A DNA stretch of 64,000 nt from Gemmatimonadota bacterium (GTDB taxonomy: Bacteria > Gemmatimonadota > Gemmatimonadetes > Palauibacterales > Palauibacteraceae): contig OZ220691.1 in the NCBI GenBank assembly GCA_965116475.1, forward strand, positions 2,816,001 to 2,880,000. The letters are read 5' to 3'. Made by a program: the position numbers and the translations under genes. The notes under the pieces were generated by a model. The model was given only the letters and a program-made list of their open reading frames with translations, did not search any database and was not told where the DNA came from. Shown piece after piece: positions 60,601 to 64,000 of the stretch (position 1 is its first letter; each line of letters begins with the position of its first letter).

Positions 60601-61713
60601 GCGGGGGCCCGGCACGTCACGCTGATGGACCGCGACCCGGAGCGTCGACGGAGCGCGGAGTGGCTCCGGCAGACGACCACGCTGTCGAAGATGCCGGGCG
60701 ATTACGAGATCGAGATCGTCTCGGGCGACGTGCGCGAGGCGGAGGACGTGCGCCGCTGCGTCGCCGGGCTGCAGCGGCCGCTCAAGGGCGTGTTCCATCT
60801 CGCCGGAACGCTGGAGGACCGCTCGTTCCTCGACACCTCCGCCGATTCCCTGGAGAACGTGTTCGCGCCCAAGGCGCGCGGCGCTCTGAACCTGCACGAG
60901 GCCACGGCCGGCTGCGCCCTCGACTACTTCGTCCTCTTCTCGTCCATCGCTTCGACGTTCGGGAACGTGGGGCAGGTCAACTACAGCAGCGCGAGCGCCT
61001 TTCTGGACGGGCTGGCGGCCTGGCGCCGCCGACAGGGGCTGCCGGGGTTTTCGTACAACCTCGGCCCCGTCACGGAGGTCGGGATGGCGGCACGCAGCCT
61101 CCACGTCATGCGGATGATGCGCGCGGCGGGAATGACGACCGTGAGCGCGAACTTCGCGATCGCCAACCTCGATTACGCCCTGCGCGCGATGGCGCCCGGC
61201 ACGACGGAGCATGGCACGACCGGGCATGACCACCTGGTCACCGCGCTGTTCTCGAACCCGGCGTGGACCGTCGATTCCCCGGACTACATGCGCAACGGGC
61301 GGTTGCTCAACAATCAGGCGGCGTTCGAGGTGAACGTGCGCGGCGAACTGACCCTGGAGAGCGTCGTCGCGCAGATCTCCGCCAAGGTGGCCGAACTCTG
61401 CGGGCACGAAGAGGGCGATGTCGAGGAGCCGCTGTCGAGCTTCGGCCTTACGTCGATTTCAGTCGCTGAACTCGGCGCCTTCATCCAGGCGCAGTTCAAC
61501 CGGCAGGTGAGCGCCCTCGAGCTGATGACGACCGCCTCCGCCCAGTCGCTGGCGGAGATGATCGTGCATGGAGCCGAATCGGATGCCGAGGGTGAGACCG
61601 TGGCCGAGACCGATGGGTCGGCGGATGTCTCACCGCAACGCGTACACCAGGTACACAGGCGGCGTTCGCCCTTTGCGAACAGGTTGGAGGACCACTTCCC
61701 GATCCAGTCATGA
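54643..61713 (+). CDS. swfA: Mono-modular highly reducing type I PKS/FAS (KS-AT-DH-ER-KR-ACP), SwfA-like
   Basis: KS TACSAS/EAHATGT/NVGHLE; AT GQGTQW/GHSSG/IAFHS; DH HRVHRAPIIP/DGGLQ; ER LIHSAMGGVGQA; KR GGLGGFG/YSSA; ACP FGLTSI. Confidence 0.88.
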   Translation: MTSIAGTSSDPIAIVGYAYRMPGGIRTDEDFWRLLSEREVVQESVTERYGRGYQPIGRFSGPGRFGSPYEGLLRDELEQRMDPGLFGVSHHEMAYMDPQIRMLLGCAWESCEHAGWSLNALRNSRTGVFIGAQVASTANWRALFGTNEFSILSIDASMLANRISYHLNLMGPSIATSTACSASLTALHTAVNAMRQGDCEQALVGAATYLGSARCSASFNALGVISPDGRCHSFDADANGYMRSEGAFVFAVKPLEAAERDGDHIFAAIEATAVNTAGTADDAAGLAQGRYITAPTRHSQVELMREACGRAGLRPEDFDYVEAHATGTVVGDRIEGNAIAEAFGGVERDVPLRVASVKSNVGHLEAAAFSCALLKVILMMRRRTFAPISKNYLVPNPEIDFDRGPIEVQTACEPFPDRPVVVGINSFGFGGANGHCIVREYRPDPSRTWSVSLASDAGYMIPLSARTPKALEESARSLREFLGGQETDLYTLAGNLGRRRAQFPVRTAFAVRSPSTLVEALDAFVEDPSPVSTVEAGERQVAMVFSGQGTQWAGCGRDLYDADPVFRRVVDAIEEEWRKHSDVSLRDACFSASQKDLNEVQLAQPVIFMIQCALVEVLATWGVHPECVVGHSSGEVAAAYASGALSLAEATRLVYHRATLQQRVAGSGRMLAIGLDRPAVENLLDNHRPAEVEIACENSPANTVICGKEAALRPVMAELDRRGLQNRLIPGNIAFHSTAMDPLRDDALAVLAFLDGGDFNGDVPMVSSVTGETVERLDNAYWWSNIRNPVLFGAAMETVRREFRPDVVLEVAPHGALQPLIRQCLEAAGPAAVCLPTLMKDADGCLGFQEALGNLYRAGVALDFASQYPRPEPIAHLLPGHPREETTTSDDLVDDEMFVQRGEYSHGPFVGHRVACDHILFEARLSERDFPWLTDHRVHRAPIIPAAGYIELLLQAFSGDPINIEEIEFLQHTPVNATPVRLQTALFPVPDAPGQFTFTISTRSFEDDEAGTLHCRGRVRRVDEDVAVDAFPTLDDVLASDFDPSPLATGEEFYDQIEAVVGDAFEFGPEFRSVQRIEIDAGSTDMLFEIEVDEELWASGREEGYLLYPPLTDGGLQIFLRYLMRLPDFFSMPQRACDITFVRPPTGPRITCFLVDTGDWFDVDERGQYNKPLGELYIGRLSLYDTDTGQLLAHIGEYHSFNSNPRWSDVPDSKHVIRWQPKFVPASPRIEDAIRDGDVDPAALIAALEQGAAGHPYACHVVEIAGRRDAERTMLNRCLEHLSGPDAQSEFWLLGDDEESTRALYEAFNHRDAPIRFASLEATAAATAEGASETDMATGLLRPAAAEIVIVHRDADEDGATADRWGAAWSMLARLAVPGGLALVSHDENDVVEPGDGWSTLHAGPRTTLLQAAQEGPAPAGATTASAAGPRWVIGEPGSPATEWVAQLESAQAYLVPWSAIEGGDFASLEEWPWGEDLEAIDFFLGTAPDDPTGERAVWRLVAFLQALTPLRLESATRRCRLNVVTQGAVCGVEEPRGSALWGAARSLALELLAEDTKIDFRLVDLGAPGDLEAVARLDACDPRERELAVRDGRLWVPRVVSVRDRWPLVPEGADPPYRLRLDNPGQVSGLQVATTTLPRLGPSDVEIEMAAAALNFRDVMVTLGLLPALAYERSALGREVGIEGSGIVRRAGPDVKRLSPGDEVAVTTGGCIANRIVVNEHLAFLKPPELSMEEAAASLSVTVTAYYALIHLARLKEGQRVLIHSAMGGVGQAAIALAHHVGAEVYATAGNRSKRERLLEMGVRGAFDSHSHDWYDDLMEATGGEGVDVVLNSLAGYHIALCLKALRPSGWHCEIGKVDIFTDNSLGMRVFRKNLRFAAIDVDRLMLDDPVLSHTLSQACLDLMNEGAVPPPRLTAYEYRDYARALRLMTTGRHQGKLVLKAPSDPADRGFAIADTRPFLDPEATYLVTGGLGGFGLRLVPYLIAAGARHVTLMDRDPERRRSAEWLRQTTTLSKMPGDYEIEIVSGDVREAEDVRRCVAGLQRPLKGVFHLAGTLEDRSFLDTSADSLENVFAPKARGALNLHEATAGCALDYFVLFSSIASTFGNVGQVNYSSASAFLDGLAAWRRRQGLPGFSYNLGPVTEVGMAARSLHVMRMMRAAGMTTVSANFAIANLDYALRAMAPGTTEHGTTGHDHLVTALFSNPAWTVDSPDYMRNGRLLNNQAAFEVNVRGELTLESVVAQISAKVAELCGHEEGDVEEPLSSFGLTSISVAELGAFIQAQFNRQVSALELMTTASAQSLAEMIVHGAESDAEGETVAETDGSADVSPQRVHQVHRRRSPFANRLEDHFPIQS

Positions 61714-64000
61714 CCCAGTCTACGGCGCCGGCGGCGCCCCGCCGCCCGGTCCCGCCACTGGTCGGGAAGCTGCCGCCGCAGTGCGAACGCGACCTCACAG
61801 CGCTGCGTGGCTTCGTGCGCGCGGCCCTGACCGGAGCGGCGCCGGCGGCGGCCGTGTCTCCTTCCAAAATCCGCCACGTGTTCGTGACCGGCGCGACCGG
61901 CTTCATCGGGCGCTTCCTGGTGCGCGAACTGCTGGCTCATGACGCCGGCCTGCAGGTGCACTGCCTCGTGCGGGCGGCGAGCGTGGAGGAGGGGCTCGGG
62001 CGGGTGCGCGCGAACATGGAACACGCGGAGATATGGGACGATGACTTCGCTCCGCGCATCCACGTCAGCCCGGGGGACATCGCCCAGCCGCGGCTCGGCC
62101 TGTCGCGCGCCGACTTCGACCATCTCTGCGCGAACATCGACGCCGTCTACCACCTCGCCGCCACGCTGAGCCTGGCCGCTTCATACGCCGCCATCCGCCG
62201 CGTGAACGCGTCCAGTCTTCGCAACGTGCTGGAGCTGTGCCTGCGCACGCGCCACAAGCACCTGTTCTACGCCGGGACGATGGGGATCTTCCCCCAGTAC
62301 GCCTGCGCCTTCGCGCACGAGTACGAGGGGAGCCGCATCGGTCACCAGGCGCAGCCCGACCTGGCGGACATGAAAAGGGTGTTTCCGCTCGGGCTGCTGG
62401 GATACCCCTGGAGCAAGCTCGTCGCCGAGCAGGCGTTGCTGTTCGCGCAGTCGGCCGGTCTCCCGGTGGCCGTGTTTCGCCTGGGGCAGACCAGCATGGC
62501 ATCGACCGGATACAGTCAGCCGAGCAATGTCAGCCACCGGCTCTACGCGGCGGCCGCGGACATCGGATCGTTTCCATCCGGATTCACCCTGCAGTCCACC
62601 AACGACCCGGCCGATACGCTGAGCCGCATCTGCACCGACATCTCATTGAACCCGGAACGACGGTTCACGCTCTACAACTGCTGCAATCCGACACCTTCCT
62701 ATCGCACGGTGTCGCTCGAGGAAGTCGGGCTGGACTTGCCGGAGGTGTCGTACCAGGCCTTCAGGCGCGCCTGCCGGGCGCGCGGCGACGCCTCTCCGAT
62801 GGCGGGATCCTGGCCGATTCTCGATCACTTCGGACGCTACTGGCTGCGGGGGGCCGAGGCGGCCACGTCGCTCCCGATCAGCGACCGCGCCATTCGCGAG
62901 GACAGTCCCGGGCCGATTGAATGGCCCGGCCCGCTGACCCGTTACGTGCGTTTCAACCGGTGGGTCCGGGCGCATCCCGAAGACTGGCCCCATCCGGTGC
63001 CGCGCCGCGGCCTGGACTTCGACCGGCTGGTGAAGCAGGCGCGGCGCTATGCCGAAGAAGCCGGGGTCTCTTTCGAGGACACCTACCCCGAGTGGATGCT
63101 CGAAGGGATGGAGCAACTCGTGGAAGTGCTCAACTCACCCGAGGCGACCCTGCCGGAAGACCGAGTCGGCCACATCGTCTTCGACATGTGCCGGATGCTG
63201 CGGAACAACGCGGAACTCGCCAGTGAACGCGTGCGCCTTCCCGCGATCGAGCGGCAGGAGATCGTCCGACCCGTGTTCATCGTGGGCATCAACCGGACGG
63301 GCACCACCTACCTGCACCGCCTCATGGCCCGGGACCCCCGGTTCTGGACGCTGCGGGCGTACGAGTACGTCGAGCCCGTCATCGCCGGCGGCGATTACGC
63401 CGGCCTGGCCGGCACGCCCGAGGACCCGCGCCGCCCGTTGGCGGCCGACGTGTTCAAGGCGTCGGGCATCATCGATTCCTTCAAAGGGACTCACCAGATC
63501 GGCATCGACGAGCCGGAAGAGGACATGCCGATCCTCCGGCTCTCGTTCAGAGCCTGGATGTTTGCCACCCGGCATCCCATCCCGACCTACGAGCGCTGGC
63601 TCGAAGCGAGCGGCTCGCGTGAATCGTACGCCCTGCACCGACGCGTCATGCAGCACTACACCTGGCAACGCCGGGAGCGGTATCGCGGGGCCGACGGACA
63701 GTGGTTGTTCAAGATGCCGACGCATCTCAGGGAGCTGGAGGCGCTGACCGAAGCCTATCCTGACGCGTTGTTCATCCAGACGCACCGCGAGCCCGCGCAG
63801 TTCATGGGATCGTGGTGCAGCCTGGTCGAGCGGATTCGTGCGGACGTCAGCGAGCCGCGTCCGCCGCATGAGCTGGGCGCCGAACAGTTGCGCGCGATGA
63901 GCCGCCTCCTCGATCGGGCGGTGGATTTTCGCGAGTCGCACCCGGAACTGGACGACCGTTGGATCGATGTGAGTTACTACGATCTGGTTGAAGATCCGAC
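61710..64000 (+). CDS. swfB: Thioester reductase (SDR) - sulfotransferase fusion, SwfB-like; runs off window end
   Basis: ATGA overlap with PKS; VFVTGATGFIGRFL and GYPWSK (YxxxK); in the same frame PVFIVGINRTGTTYLH (from 63270) and WLFKMP...IQTHREP...GS sulfotransferase motifs; absent from the ORF track because no stop falls in the window. Confidence 0.88.
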   Translation, partial: MTQSTAPAAPRRPVPPLVGKLPPQCERDLTALRGFVRAALTGAAPAAAVSPSKIRHVFVTGATGFIGRFLVRELLAHDAGLQVHCLVRAASVEEGLGRVRANMEHAEIWDDDFAPRIHVSPGDIAQPRLGLSRADFDHLCANIDAVYHLAATLSLAASYAAIRRVNASSLRNVLELCLRTRHKHLFYAGTMGIFPQYACAFAHEYEGSRIGHQAQPDLADMKRVFPLGLLGYPWSKLVAEQALLFAQSAGLPVAVFRLGQTSMASTGYSQPSNVSHRLYAAAADIGSFPSGFTLQSTNDPADTLSRICTDISLNPERRFTLYNCCNPTPSYRTVSLEEVGLDLPEVSYQAFRRACRARGDASPMAGSWPILDHFGRYWLRGAEAATSLPISDRAIREDSPGPIEWPGPLTRYVRFNRWVRAHPEDWPHPVPRRGLDFDRLVKQARRYAEEAGVSFEDTYPEWMLEGMEQLVEVLNSPEATLPEDRVGHIVFDMCRMLRNNAELASERVRLPAIERQEIVRPVFIVGINRTGTTYLHRLMARDPRFWTLRAYEYVEPVIAGGDYAGLAGTPEDPRRPLAADVFKASGIIDSFKGTHQIGIDEPEEDMPILRLSFRAWMFATRHPIPTYERWLEASGSRESYALHRRVMQHYTWQRRERYRGADGQWLFKMPTHLRELEALTEAYPDALFIQTHREPAQFMGSWCSLVERIRADVSEPRPPHELGAEQLRAMSRLLDRAVDFRESHPELDDRWIDVSYYDLVEDP

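Noticed and set aside
1..64000. Many long antisense or alternate-frame ORFs (e.g. 3074-4507 -, 4315-6585 -, 44201-46609 -, 58663-61407 -)
   Set aside because: Shadow ORFs expected at high GC; they overlap well-supported genes and show no family motifs

Overview
GC-rich bacterial window, most likely from a Gemmatimonadota-type genome (inference from the gene families; the swf-type cluster suggests a sponge symbiont). In order it holds: the end of an FMN alpha-hydroxy-acid oxidase; a DUF1592 cytochrome/DUF1552/ankyrin trio; a GYD protein; a TolB-propeller + CehA/McbA-type metallohydrolase; an acyl-CoA ligase; a BlaI + M56 module with clear tandem operators, bracketed by two copies of a GACGTTCCCG(C/T)GGGAACG palindrome; three PIN-type toxin-antitoxin loci (one with a truncated toxin); a divergent NorC/NorB-like pair; acetoacetyl-CoA synthetase; a P1 peptidase; an SSS transporter; tRNA-Glu(TTC); a TAXI-TRAP transporter; typA; a stand-alone groES; two tandem Zn-ribbon paralogs; a PadR operon ending in a propeller-FGE lipoprotein; a form II CoxSLM-like molybdoenzyme; and GGT. 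The last ~23 kb is co-directional: TetR, RND efflux, cysD, cysNC, an atypical NCS2 transporter, a small protein, a B12 radical SAM, a mono-modular reducing type I PKS and a reductase-sulfotransferase fusion (swf-type cluster, cut by the window end). Best candidates for something new: (1) the NorCB-like heme-copper oxidase with a remodelled active site (helix VI His/Glu lost, low-spin heme His replaced by Met); (2) an swf cluster joined to its own PAPS supply, a possible anion importer and an exporter. All calls come from motif reading only; no searches were run.
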